From: Octopus vulgaris
Taxonomy: Eukaryota
Assembly: GCA_951406725.2 (NCBI GenBank)
Contig: OX597820.1
Span: 63,612,001 to 63,676,000 of the forward strand
DNA length: 64,000 nt
Reading direction: 5' to 3'
Numbering within the stretch: position 1 is the stretch's first letter; every line of letters starts with the position of its first letter. Made by a program: the position numbers and the translations under genes. Shown here one piece after another: positions 14,122 through 26,920 of the stretch. Under the pieces are notes generated by a model. The model saw only the letters and a list, made by a program, of their open reading frames with translations. It was not told the DNA's origin and searched no databases.

Positions 14122-15700
14122 ATGTCGGTCGAAATAATTGAAGAAATAAACCAGCTGCATGAGTTTACAAAACGTACTGTCCTTCATCGAAAATATTCAA
14201 GCACTTCGAAAACTGCGAGGATCTTTTCGGTTTCAACGACAGTTTTTTCTAGCGGTGTCATATGAAATTGTCACCCATAATTATGACCCTGGAATCGATT
14301 TATTGCATTTCAATCTCTTTTAGGTTTAGGGTTAGGGTTAGGGGTGGGGGAAGGGTATTTTTTTTTCTTCACAAATGTAAATAAACCTAATCTGTTTCTT
14401 AAACGAGGGACATATTCATACGGCACAGAACGCTTGTTAACTCAATAGACGTCACTGATTGGTTGAAATTGCAGAAACCGAAGACAAAAAACAACAAATA
14501 TCTTACAAACTATGGAATTTTCTCAATAAAGCCAAGAGAAAAAGATGTTTTATAAACACATTCTACCAGTATACGAAGTTTAAAATTTTTCAGTTACCTA
14601 GAAATTATGTTATAAAATACATAGCGAGGGACCGGGCAATTGGAATAATACAGGCCAGATTTGAGACAGCCGAAAAAGCCCAAGAGCACTTAGTGAGTCC
14701 CCTGAAAACGAAGGAGGTTGTGCTGCTCCCAACATACATGGGAAGGAGAACAATACACATCAAAATATATGAAGTACAACCAGAGATTGAGGCAAGGGAG
14801 GTGATGGCCGCCCTGTTGTATAACAGGACGGACAAAATCACCTTCCTCCAAATTACATACAAACTGCCCAACAAAATTGGCAAGGGCAGAGTATCTCTGC
14901 GATTATTCAGGGAACATAAGAAGATATTGAAATGCTGCCAGAAAGAGTGCTCTTGGGGGAAGACATTGCCCTCGGGGTTCAAGTAGAGGGCAAAACGCCC
15001 TTGTGTTTCGAATGTGGAAAAAAGGCCACATTCGCGTAGAATGCGAAAAATGGAAAAAAAAATAATAAGTGCGCAGACATCTGGCCTTTCAACTACAGAA
15101 AAAGATCCCAAACCCGCTCACAAATAAGCCCCCACAGAAACAAATACTCCCACCCCCATCTGTGGCGCCCGCTCCCAAACAAAACACCCCAAAACACCAG
15201 GACATGCACACACCGTCCCGACAAAATCAAGTGCAGCCACCCCCTCTGAAGTAACAACTACTCTGGAAGACACCATGGAGGTGACCGAGGGGGAGTTCAA
15301 GACCCAGAAAAAAGAGAACACTTACACCTTCCCCATCTATATCCCTCACAAAAAAAGAAGAAAATCAACACACCATAGAAAAAAAACAACCCGCTCAACT
15401 GTCCCAGAAGAGAAAATAAAAAAGAAAAACAGACGGAAGAAAAACCTTGGTAAAATTTGATACCAGTTATAAATGTATCATGGACGCATTAAAGAAACAC
15501 CACACCGTGGAACTGTTGCAGCAGCCCGAAGGCACGGAATAGAGATGTGCTTGGATATCTGAAAAAACTGTATAATGAAATGAAGGGTAGGCATCCGAGA
15601 ACCATCACGAGCATCCTGGACCTTCCGTGATATTTGAAGGAGTAGGAGGAAAGGACTGCCCCACGTGCGGTGAGATCAGCCCCAGCATCACCAATACAAG
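14122..15700 (+). pseudogene. LINE ORF1 (gag-like) pseudogene, interrupted by an insertion
   Basis: Probable ATG at 14122 (MSVEIIEEINQLHEFTKRTVL...). Coding resumes near 14612 (KYIARDRAIGIIQARFETAEKAQEH...LLPTYMGRRTIHIKIYEV). CFECGKK(G)HIRVEC CCHC knuckle at 15004-15044 with a 1-nt deletion, then a Pro/Lys-rich tail. End approximate. Confidence 0.7.
14219..14610. mobile_element. Non-coding insertion containing (TTAGGG)3, nested in LINE ORF1
   Basis: AT-rich non-coding segment starting ggatcttttcggtttcaacgacagttttt breaks the ORF1 reading frame. It contains tttaggtttagggttagggttagggg at about 14318-14344. No matching right terminus is visible. Confidence 0.5.
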
Positions 15701-15746
15701 AAAAAGTCAAAGAGTAGGTAGAACCCTTGCTTTCCTTTTGTTTTGA

Positions 15747-17083
15747 ATGACTGCACTTAACCTTGTGTGTTTGAATGTGCTTGGTCTGAGCTCGAAGTGG
15801 AAGCGAGCTTGTTTCCTCGACGACCTCAGATCACACGATATGCATGTGGTCGTTGCTACAGAGACCAAGCTGGACAGTCTACAAGCCTTCTCGCCCCTCC
15901 TGAATGACTGTGAGAAAATCATGTCTACTAGCCGGACCGGAAGCGTGGGGGTGTAGTAGTACTGGTTCGAAAAGTCTTGGCTCTGCAGACAAGTACAGTC
16001 TATGTAGACCCAGAAGGTGGGCTGGTCGTCATTGATGTGAAATACAGCAGTAAGGCATTCGCGTTGATCGGGATCTATGCACCTTGTTCTAGAGGATTTC
16101 AAACTGATTTTTATCGGCGCCTAGAGAAATTTCTCGTGACGTCGAAGACATTAGTGGTGTTAGGTGACTATAACGCTACCGTTCACGCACGCATCGATAG
16201 CGTTGGCTCGATCTATAGGAAAGTAAAGTCACGTCTCGTAGCCCTGCTCAAGCGTTTTCAGCGGGGAGATCGTTAGAAACTTGACCATCCAAACGTCCCA
16301 CATGGACCTGGATGAGTGGCGACGGAAGTCCTATTTAGATAGGATAGTGATAACAACAGGAGATAAGTCTAGTTTTAGCTGTTCACAGCTTGTCCAAGAA
16401 GCTTACACTGACCATAGAATGGTTAAGTGTAGACTGGACATAGATCGTACAGTTAAGAAAGGATCCGGCTACTGGAAGCTGAACAAGTCTATTTTGACTT
16501 CCGAGGCATACCGTAGACGGATTGAGGAATTAGTACAGAGGGCGTTAACCAGCGCGATGGTTAAATACCGATGGTGGTTCGCCCTCAAGAGAGTCATTCG
16601 TTTGAGTCTATTTGGTTTAGCCGTCAGCTAAGACTAGACAGGGCCATAATAGAAGGTCAACTAGTTAAGGACCAAGAAGAGACGTTGAGGTTGGGCTCTG
16701 AATCTCACAATTTGGCAGTGAGAACGGCCTTCGACCGTCACCTCAAAGCCAAACATGAGGGGTGCAGAGTTCGGGCTAAAGTACGCGCATTGGTGCGTGA
16801 GGGAATTAATGTTGCCGGATGGGCCCGTATGGTAGAACCCAGCGTGGCAATGATGCCACAGTTAGGTCTCTCGTGGATGACAATGGGTGTTCGGTTGATG
16901 GACGGGACGAGAGGTGTGAGGCGATTCACAAGCACTTTGCCGAGTTGTTTGGGAGTGGCGATGCGCCTGTGTGGCGAGGCTCTTAAGGACTTCCTGTCTG
17001 GCAGTCTGCGTTTCTCGGCACGAGAGGCTGGGTGCTGTGAAAGGTCAATCACGGCCGAAGGGGTAATCGAGGTACTGGGCGGA
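15747..17083 (+). pseudogene. LINE ORF2 apurinic/apyrimidinic-type endonuclease and linker, pseudogenised
   Basis: MTALNLVCLNVLGL, VVATETK, GIYAP, VVLGDYNA, SYLDRI, YTDHRMV, GSGYWKLNKSIL, HEGCRVRAKV, spread across several frames with stops. Confidence 0.88.
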
Positions 17084-17418
17084 AAGAATAGTTTCACCAT
17101 TCCATTTCTTTTCACATTAGCAACATTTTCAGCGTAAAAATAATACTTCGTTGGGCGCATAAAATCGTAACTCCATGCATATATAATATTTTTAGTCAGA
17201 AATATTGTTGCAAACTGTCGTATGTGGGACTTACTGCACCTTTGAAAAATGCTAAACAGTTGTACAACAGTTTGACAATTTTCATTTGTAACAGATGCAG
17301 ATACGATAGTTTGAATAAAAAAATCGGTTATCAGAAGCAAAAGTTAATATTGAAGAAAAAATCGCATTTGGCCAAATTCGGACATACGACAATCTAATAT
17401 AGCAACGGTATATATTAG

Positions 17419-17648
17419 GCGGCGAGCTGGCAGAAACGTTAGCAAGTCCGGCGAAATGCTTAGCGGTATTTCGTCTGCCGTTACGTTCTGAGTTCAAATT
17501 CCGCCGAGGTCGACTTTGCCTTTCATCCTTTCGGGGTCGATAAATTAAGTACCAGTTACGCACTGGGGTCGATATAATCGACTTAATCCCTTTGTCTGTC
17601 CTTGTTTGTACTCTCTGTGTTTAGCCCCTTGTGGGTTCTAAAGAAATA
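17419..17648 (+). mobile_element. Young tRNA-derived SINE (family 2) with 12-bp TSD
   Basis: Head gcggcgagctggcagaaacgttagc; B box gagttcaaattcc; core gtcgactttgcctttcatcctttcggggtcgataaattaagtacca; A-rich tail. GGTATATATTAG is duplicated at 17407-17418 and 17649-17660. Confidence 0.9.
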
Positions 17649-19660
17649 GGTATATATTAGTGCGTTTAGGGATGTAAATGTACAAAGACGCTTTTGTGTA
17701 GTACAACAGCATATTATACAATAATTCTGTAGACCTCACATATACACAAGTTTCTCTTTCTACCTATAGCTATTTGTCCATTAAACTGTAAAGCATACAC
17801 ATGCACACACAAATATGTGAATCAAAAAGTGTTTTCAATGTTATGTGCGAATGAATTTGCCATTTTGTCATACGAATAAAATCCACAAGTTAACAAATCG
17901 TGTATGTAGTAGAGTAGTAGTTGTGGTGGCAACAGAAGCGGCAGTAGTCGCAGCAGCAGTAGTCATAGTAGTAGTATTGGTGGCGGTGGTAGCAGTATGT
18001 ATTTGGTAAGGTTTTTACAATTCTTGTATGAACAGAGAAGACGACAAATGTGAATCACATTTTTCCAGGTATCTTGGTTTTTGTGTCATATATATGAAAT
18101 TGTGCGTGTGGATGTGTACTTACATATGCATACACACACGCATATATATATATATACGTATATATATATATGTGTGTGTGTGTGCGCGCGCGCGTGTGTG
18201 TGTGTGTATGCGTACATATATACGCATGCATTTACAAACAGCGGTATGTATAAACAACTCTGACTTAATGTGTGTGTTTTTGTGTGTTAACAGTACCAAC
18301 GACATCAGAAATTGTCATTCATAATATGTTTCGTTGAAACTCCTCAACAAACAAAAAAAAAACAAGAGAAAGATGGAAAACAAATGCAAGCAATATCAAC
18401 ACGAAACACCTAACGCAAGTCAACCACAAACGCACATGCTTCTCCACTCTTATATATTCTTTCTGTATTTTCGTTTTCTCTTATTTATTTATTTTTTTTT
18501 TGTCATATATCTTCAGTATAGAAAAATTCACTTCACTGTATGCTACAGCCATTTTTTTTTTTTTTAACGAAACGCTTTGTCCTCTACCTCCCTCTGCCTT
18601 TGTACCCCACCAAGCCTGAAGTTCTCGCCATCTCCATCTTTGCGAAGTCGCTATTTTACAAATAACAAAAAAAAAAAAAAATTCAAAACGACAAAAAAAA
18701 TCTATGATTGGAAAGTAAAACTCAAATAATATTATTTTCCTGCTGCATTTTCCGTTTCTTTTCGTATTGTCTTTTTTTATTTCAGAAAATTTGAGTGCAA
18801 AAAGAAATTATCAAAATAATCCGGTTTACCGGTGTAATATTATTTTATAATCTGTTTTTGGAAAGAATGGCTTTCATCCTCATCTTCCCTCAAACAATCT
18901 TCCGTTTTTTTTTTTCTTATTTGGTATCTATTTCTTTTACGATATGTATATGTTTATGTGTGTGTTTATGTGCGTGTATGTGTTATGTGCGTGTGTGTGC
19001 TTGAATGAGTGTGTACATGTATATATACATACATATATATGTGTATGTGTCTGTGTATGTACATGCATGTAAGTATAAATATAGCTAGACACGTATGTAC
19101 ACACACATACATAGCTACACACAAAATTATAGCTACACACGTATATACACACACATACATGCATATTTGTATATATATGCATATGTCTACCTGCATCTCT
19201 CCAACTCCGTGTCTCATACCATGTGATTCCTTCAGCTCACTCTATTTCTCCTCACTTTATTATTTTGCTCGGCTTTTCTTCCTCTGGTCTCAATATTTCT
19301 TTCTAAGCCTATTCACAGCGTATCACTTCCTCGCTTTCACTCTGTCCCTAAGTTACTTTCTCGCTCTACTCCGCAGTCAAACCTTCCTATGATCTATTTC
19401 TCATTGTATGAAACGAATTATGATGACGGTGAGAATGATGATGAAAATAATATATGTATATTTTCAAAATTCAAATAGAAAGCCGGCTTGGAAATCTAGA
19501 TGACGGGTATAGTTGATTAAATCGGTTCCGGTGTTAGAGTGGATAAATAGGAAATTTGGCTACTGCGGGATTCAAAATGAGAACGTAAATCTTCAAAATA
19601 CATACTACACTCTATCTTTCCGAGAACATTTGAGAGCACTTTGGCTACGTGTGGTCTTTG

Positions 19661-19871
19661 ATAACGCACCGTCTTATTTACTGACAAAAGAGGCAAAATC
19701 CTTAAGTACCAGGCATAGCCAGATCACCAGTGAGGTTGCGTTTACATTAACCCTCGTCAGTGTCTTTCAACGGCGCCGTGGGTTACACTCAACTCATCTT
19801 GTCTGCTAATAGGATCACTGTAGAAATCATACGCTGATGTCATAAATGGTACACGTATAAATTATGAATAA
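19661..19871 (+). mobile_element. Fragment of a non-autonomous DNA transposon family (copy 1)
   Basis: Reverse-complement homologue of 21396-21605 over about 210 bp; its first 70 bp are also repeated at 20001-20068. Confidence 0.7.
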
Positions 19872-19913
19872 TAAGGGTAACACCTTAGTAATTTTTCAAC
19901 CGAAAAGCAAAAG

Positions 19914-20170
19914 TATATACATCACTAAAGCGACTAAGGGCGCTATTCAGCACCAGAATACTAAACCTAAACGTGAAAACAACTCATAGCCACTGTAATG
20001 CACCGTCTTATTTACTGACAAGGGAGGCAAGTTCCTTAAGCTCTGAGCAAAGTCAGATAACCAGTGAATAAATAAGAACGTGCGTTATTGTGGCCATGAG
20101 TTGTTTGACTCTTGTTTCTAGCAATACTGGCGCTGAATAGCAGGGCTCAGTCGCATTGCTGACGTATATA
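19914..20170. mobile_element. MITE with about 100-bp imperfect TIRs and TA-rich ends
   Basis: Left arm tatacatcactaaagcgact...gctattcagcaccag...aaacaactcatagccac...gcaccgtcttattta versus right arm taaataagaacgtgc...gtggccatgagttgttt...ctggcgctgaatagc...agtcgcattgctgacgtata. Confidence 0.75.
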
Positions 20171-21040
20171 GTTTTACCTTTCAGATGAAAAATTGCTAAC
20201 AATTTATATAATAAAACATACTTTGTGTGTGTGTGCGCGCGCGTACGCGTTGTGTGTGTGTGTGTGTGAGCGTGTGGAATGAAACTTCGAAGATATACCG
20301 TCAATATCATCATTATTATCATTGTTATTATTATTATGATTATTATTATTATTATTATTTAGTAAATCTTTTAAAGTGAAGTACGGTTCTCTATATTTTG
20401 TTTAGCTCAGAGATGCCTCTGATGGAGTCGACCATCGCATAGCTTCTTTTTCTTCCTGAAATACTGTAAATCGGTGTCTTTCTTTTGATGTGTGTGTTTT
20501 AAGAGAGATTTGCCTGCTATTTGTAGTAGTTCAAGTTACCACACAGACACCTGTGTGTGTGTGTGTGTGTATGTGTGTGTGTGGGTGTGTGTGTGTGTGT
20601 CTGTCTGTCTGTCTGTGAGTGTGTGTGTATGTTTTATGGTGGTGAAACAAGTATTTATCCTCAGAATATTTTGCATATTAATTTTCAAAGAAAACAAATA
20701 TGCAAAATGTTGTAAGCCAAGACACTGAGATGTACATAAAGTGTCATCGTATACAGCAGTCGTCCAATCCAAAGTTTTGAACTAATTATCTTCTGGTTAG
20801 TGACCCATTACTTTAAATTTGAAACCATTACGTCTTTAAACATTATTTTACTAGGCTTCACATCTCGACTGTCGACATGATGGGTTATCAGCTTCCAAAA
20901 GTTACTTAATTATACTGACCTCACTACATATTTCAATCTGGCATTTATTTTATAGACCTATATTTGATGACCAGCTAACTTTGAGGCATAGTGGGATACA
21001 ATACTCGTTTTAACTGCAAATGTACACACACATACACACA

Positions 21041-21071
<31 letters not shown>

Positions 21072-21395
21072 TCACATACACATTATACGCAAGAATGTCT
21101 ATGTGATCGAGGAGATTACTTCCTAACCCCATGACTCCATGTTCAGTCCCTTTGCATGGTACCTCGGGAAAGTTTTTCCTACTATAGCCCTTGGCCAACC
21201 ACACACACTTATGACTGCATTTGGTAGACGGGAAATGCAGCGTTGTTCATCAGAAAATAACCGAAAAACATGTTTATGAAGAAAAGTTGTTTGCTTCGTA
21301 CACCACGGGTACCAATTCAGTTTACAAGAAAGGAACAAATAATACAATGTGTCTATAGGCCATAACAACAGGGCAACACCGGGGCGCATTGCTAG

Positions 21396-21662
21396 TTATT
21401 CATAATTTACACGTTTGCCATTTATGAAATCAGCATATTATTTTTACGGTGGTCATATAAGCTGATAAGCAATAGGAGTTTAACTCAAGGCGCCGACGCG
21501 AGACACTGACAAGCGTTAGTGTAAACGCGAAATCACTGCTTATCTGGCTATGCCCGGTACTGAAGGATATTGTCTCCTTTGTCAGTAAATAAGATGGTGG
21601 GTTATTGTGGCTATGAGCGGATTTGACTCCTATTTCTAGCACCCGCAGTGACTTTAGTATAT
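21396..21662 (-). mobile_element. Fragment of the same DNA transposon family (inverted copy, includes terminal arm)
   Basis: Inverse homologue of 19661-19871, continuing into gttattgtggctatgag...tttgactcctatttctagca as in the right arm of 19914-20170. Confidence 0.7.
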
Positions 21663-21681
21663 ATATATATATATATATATA

Positions 21682-22797
21682 TCAGGTTGTCAAGTATGAC
21701 ATTTGTAGGAAAGAAGAAAATGTTTGCTAATGTTTTATACATACAGGAAATAGTTTTATTCATCAAAATATGCACCCATATTGTCAATACACTTCTGCCA
21801 TTTCAGTGGTAGCTTGTCCAGCCCGGAACTGAAAAAGCCGGGCAATCTAGACGCAATAAAATCTTGGAAGGCCTGTTTTACAGTATTGTCAAAATAAATG
21901 TTTTTCCCTATCAAAAAGTTATCCAAATTCTGTAAGAAGTGGTAGTCAGTGGGGGTAAAATAGACTGAGTATGGTGGATGATGGAGAAGTTCCAACTCCA
22001 ACTTCTCTAGTTTCGCCAGTGTCGTGTTTGCGATGCCTAGTCTGGCGTTGTCTTGCAATAAAATAGGAGTGGACCTGTTGACTAATCTAGGCTTTTTATT
22101 TGTAAGTTTCTGTATAATTTGGTCCAGTTGGCCTCAGTATACTTTGGTCGTGATTGATGAGCCTGTTTAATGAAATCATAATGGATCCCATCTGCACCAG
22201 ACTGCCAAATACACACCATCAGCTTCTTTTGACGAATTTTGCTTTTTGGACTGTGTTTTGGTAGCTCGTCTTTGTCCACCCATTGCACTGAACGTTTACG
22301 GTTGTTGTATTGGATTCATTTCTCATCACATGTTACAATGTGATGCAAAAATAATGCAGGCTTCCAAACGTTGCTGCTTCTGATTTTCATTGAGTTCATG
22401 TGGAAACCACTTATTCAACTTTTTCACTTTACCGATTTCAAGTAGATGAGTCAATGTTGTTTACTTGCTAACCCCAATTACACATTGAAATGGATAGTCA
22501 ATGGCTTGTAGTTCTTCATTATCTACCTTTGGTTCTGATCGACTGTCTTGTTCATTTCCCCAAAAGATCTCATATTTCAAAACTGTACGAACTTCCGACT
22601 TACCAATCTCTAAACAAAAATAGCAATAAACGATTTATAAATACATTATAAAGCGCAAAATGAGTTAGAATAAAGAAATAGGTTTGTCAGCTTTCTAACA
22701 AAAAGTAGAGATTGTCAAAATATAATAATGGTGGAAAATGAACAGCTGTCAAAATTTACCATATACCTTACTACAAATTTCATACTTGGCAACCTAA
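21682..22797 (-). mobile_element. Mariner DNA transposon, defective
   Basis: 27-bp TIRs tcaggttgtcaagtatgacatttgtag / ctacaaatttcatacttggcaacctaa in a TA context. Transposase motifs WFPHEL, TCDEK*I, LQDNAR, HPPYSVYFTPTDYH and KWQKCIDNMGAYFDE are split by stops and frameshifts. Confidence 0.92.
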
Positions 22798-22818
22798 GAT
22801 ATATATATATATGAGTGG

Positions 22819-22875
<57 letters not shown>

Positions 22876-23409
22876 GAGTGGTCTATATATTCAATAGTGC
22901 CGAATGTTATTAATATTTTCAAACGGACCTGTTAAGGCTACCTTAAGTTCTGACACTCATATTTAGCGGCAACTATTTTACGCCTACGTTTGTTCTGAAT
23001 CTCTCATCAGTTCTAGTTAAGACTGCAAGGAACAGTAAAACCAACCCAATGTAATTGACCACTTCATTCTGGTGAGGCGACCGATTTAAACGTTAGTTGT
23101 CCTTCCTGTAGTCAGCGAACAGGTTTTGCTTGCCACATGTGCCAGTTCTCACTTGATTTCTTATAGCATTGTAGTGTGCGTCATAAATAATATATTTTTG
23201 CGTTGAATTCTGTAAAAGGGGGATTGTTATTAATGATTAATGTTTTCCTGTCAAGTTTTGGATTATGTTGAATTCATCCTTTAAGTAAATTCATTGTGAT
23301 CTGGTGAGAAAGCCTCGAACTTCAGTGGTTAATGAGATAGAGCCGTAACGTTTTCAGTTTTGTCTTTTGCATTCCACACTATCATAAACAAATATTAATA
23401 CTACATTTC

Positions 23410-23620
23410 CGGCGATCTGACAGGAACGTTGGTACGCCGGACAAAATAATTAGGGGCATTTCAACCGTCTTTACATCTGAGTTCAAATTTCACTGAGGTC
23501 GACTTTGTCTTTCGTCTATTTCGGGGTCAATAAAATAAGTACTAATCGCGTACCGGGGGTCAATGTAATTGACGTATCTCTCTCTCCGAGGTAACTGGCT
23601 TTGTGCCAAGCCTTAAAACC
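23410..23620 (+). mobile_element. Diverged copy of SINE family 2
   Basis: ctgagttcaaatttcactgaggtcgactttgtctttcgtctatttcggggtcaataaaataagtact matches 17419-17648. Confidence 0.75.
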
Positions 23621-25330
23621 AGTATCATATTTCCTTCATTAGATTCTTTTCTTGGATAATAAGGCCGTCCATGTTTGGCTAGCTATAGTGCACTTCGGGA
23701 ACTTGGTAATTTGTTCAACTATTCGTACCGTAATTCATCTGACTACCATCATATGAGTGCTTGGATGACTCTTTAGTGTCGATTCATCGTCTACCACGCT
23801 TCTTTTCGTAGGTTTACCTCTAAATACAAACTGGGTGTCTGTGGAGGTGGCATGCTTTTTCAAATAGCAAAGAGTATTTGGTGGGTCAGAACAGTATATT
23901 TCTATATCTACCGCTACTTAATTTCTTTAGAATCTCCATAATATCCATTATCTGAACACCTATCTTATAGCAGCTCCTATTTTCAAGAATCGGCAAATAT
24001 GGCAAAGTGCATATTAAAACGATATTAAAAAAGAAAAAAACCTTTAACGATAAAATTAGAAATTAATGAGAAATCACAAACTTTAAACTCGAAAGCGGAC
24101 TTGTTACTAGGGATTATGTATTTGAGTGCAAACGAAAACATTTTGAAATTCATTACATGAAATAGCAACCATATGCCTGTGTTTGCAGCATACTTTGTGA
24201 AATAGGCCTGCTCCAATAATAGTTTGGGTAACTGAAATATTATTTCACTCTTGCATGTGATTCTGAAGAAACCGAAAATGCTTATAATTAAAAGAGCATC
24301 TTTAAAGCCGATATTTTCTTGTGAAATACCTTTGAATATGATTTTACTGTGTATTGATCGTTCTTGATTTTTTTGCCGATCAATACATAGAAAAAAATAT
24401 ATATATGTGAGCTCAAGTGTTACCCTAGATATAACAAATATATATGTCTCAGAATTTACACTGATTGCAAAAGAAACAAAGCATAAAGATGTATGAACCA
24501 CTGCAGATCAACCCCTGTTCGAATGGCATCCTCATACTTTTGTAATCACAGTAAATCATCTTCTAAAAGTTTACGTTTAATAGTGAAACTACGAGACGAG
24601 GCCGATTAGTGTTAAAAAAGCATTAGTAGAATAGAAAGAATGATTCCGTCTGATAAGACTCGGAGAGGAAGCTGGGAAAATGAAGCAAAGTTGGTCAAAA
24701 CGAAAGATAAACCTGTGAACTGAGTATTAACGAATGTAGAGATACATTCTGAGATTGGTAAGATAAAATGGAAGCCACAACAATACTTACGTATCCATGT
24801 ACCCATGATTGAAGCTACGCTGTAATATATTGAAAACTCTATGGTGTATATAAGATGGAGACTGAAACAGGAAAATAATTAACAAAAATAATTTGCAAAC
24901 GTATCAGTGTCCAACTGGTTATAAGAAAATGGAAATAAGTTAGATTAAATCGAGTATCAACTAGTTTTTAGACAGGTGGATTTCTACTTTATAATAGAGA
25001 CGTATTAAGAAGAACATGTTTTTAAAAAATCCATTTAATTTAGAAAAAAATTGAAAAGGATCTCTTAGAAGGTGACTATTTTAACACGACCATATATATT
25101 TCATATATTTTGTATGTTGAAGCTTAGGCGCATATAGATATATGCGTATATGTGTGAATGTGTGTGAGTGTGCGTGTGTGAGAGCGAGAAAAATTTCTAG
25201 ATAAGACAATATTTGCTCGAGAAGAAAGAAATTACAATTATATTGCCTGCATACACGCTCGCAAAAAATCAAATATACGGTGTATGCGCTTATTCATAAA
25301 AACATGCATATATATTACATACATACATAC

Positions 25331-25366
<36 letters not shown>

Positions 25367-25368
25367 GT

Positions 25369-25430
<62 letters not shown>

Positions 25431-26445
25431 ATGTATATACGTGCAGAATAAATACATAGATCCATGCGTTCTGTTATACATGGAAACATAAACATACATA
25501 TATGTATAACAGAACGATACATTCAGTCATTCACACACGATGCGACACTCTAACATACCTTGTAACTCTCAAAAACAAATTCGCTCATACGCACATGCAC
25601 GCGCATTCGCACACATACACGCATGCACGAGCGCATGCACGAGCGCCCGCACACACATACGTGCGCACGCACACAATTACACGCACACAGATTCGCAGAA
25701 AACTACGCTTTAAACACAATCACGAACAAACGCAAATGGAAGGTTTTCGAATAGAAAACAAAATTTAATATAAGATCAGAGAAAATGTTGAAAAAGAAAC
25801 TACAGCCTGATGTTTTTTCCTTCTAAGCTGCTTTTTTTTATATGTGCTCCCAGCAATATTATATAACCAAAGCAACAGAAGGAAATTAAACGGTGCACAC
25901 AAAAAAAAAAATAATAAACTACATTCGCTTGCAACAGGTCCAAAGGCGTACAGAATATCCTGCATCCATAAAATATCTAAGGACCTCAGTTGACGAAATT
26001 ATGACTCGTATTTTGAGTAATATGCGCGTGTGTATCCCTGTAGCACTCTATAAATCAAATCAGCGAATGCTGTTTTAATATTGCTGGTCACCATGCATGT
26101 CTTGTATTTGTTGTATCTTTCGGATGTTGCCCTTCCGCTGGCTGGCACACTGGATCGGCTGCACAAGCGATCCAGTCGGTCAGTCTGATTAGATTGGAGC
26201 AACGTGATATGAAGTTCTTAGCGGAGGAACACAAGGTAGTGACGTTCTGAGTGGAGGATAGAAAAGACCTGTCAAAAGAGTTTATACTTTGGAACCTGTT
26301 CTTCCTGCCACCCAGCACAGCTGTGCCTTCTTTAAGACAATGTACAAAACTTTCGCGGGGCTCAAGAGTAATACAAGGGCCTCAGATGACTCATTTCAAT
26401 GATTCTTTCTAGTAATTGCTTTGCACATATACAAGAAAGCAGTTA

Positions 26446-26482
<37 letters not shown>

Positions 26483-26483
<1 letters not shown>

Positions 26484-26704
26484 TTTTACGTGTTTCAGTC
26501 ATTTGACTGTGGCCATAGTTGAGCACCGCTTTAGTAGTAAAAATCGACCGTAGGACTTATTCTTTGGAAGCCTGGTACTTATATGGGATTCTTCTGCCGA
26601 ACCGCTAGTTTACGGGGACGCAAACACACCAAAATCGGTTGTCATGCGATGGTGGAAGGACACACACAGACACACACAAACATGCGCGCGCGCACGCACA
26701 CACA

Positions 26705-26752
<48 letters not shown>

Positions 26753-26775
26753 CACACGACAGGCTTATTTCAGCT
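26483..26775 (-). mobile_element. SINE family 1, 3' two-thirds, with expanded internal (CA)/(TA) tract
   Basis: gtttcagtcatttgactgtggccat...gagcaccg...gacttattc...ccgaaccgctagtttacggggacgcaaacacacca is the reverse complement of the 11920-12105 region. Confidence 0.8.
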
Positions 26776-26782
26776 TGCACTC

Positions 26783-26920
26783 ATCTGGCCCAACATTAGG
26801 CGAGACATCACTGAATGTGTCAGGAACTGCCTGCCTTGCCAGAAAGCGAAGTTTCGTAGGCACATCAATGCACCCCTAGGAAAATTCAGCCATCCCGACG
26901 CTCAGTTCCAGAATATCGAC
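26783..26920 (+). pseudogene. Gypsy/Ty3 integrase zinc-binding-domain fragment
   Basis: IWPNIRRDITECVRNCLPCQKAKFRRHINAPLGKFSHPDAQFQNID fits the WP..R.D....V..C..CQ..K...H...P.......P...F...H.D pattern of Gypsy integrases. Confidence 0.8.

Larger units (their letters stand above)
14122..17083 (+). mobile_element. Tx1/L1-clade non-LTR retrotransposon, 3'-truncated (ORF1 + endonuclease + linker, no RT)
   Basis: ORF1 remnant with a gag-type zinc knuckle, followed by ORF2 with APE motifs and the GYWKLN and EG..VRAK linker motifs typical of Tx1/L1. Similarity ends at ERSITAEGVIEVL, just before RT would begin. Confidence 0.85.

Noticed and set aside
23900-24806. ORFs 24025-24501 and 24612-24806 as a gene or hAT transposase
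   Set aside because: Only faint resemblance to hAT motifs (FAISV, SNKSAF, SQLPL); too degraded to call without a profile search.
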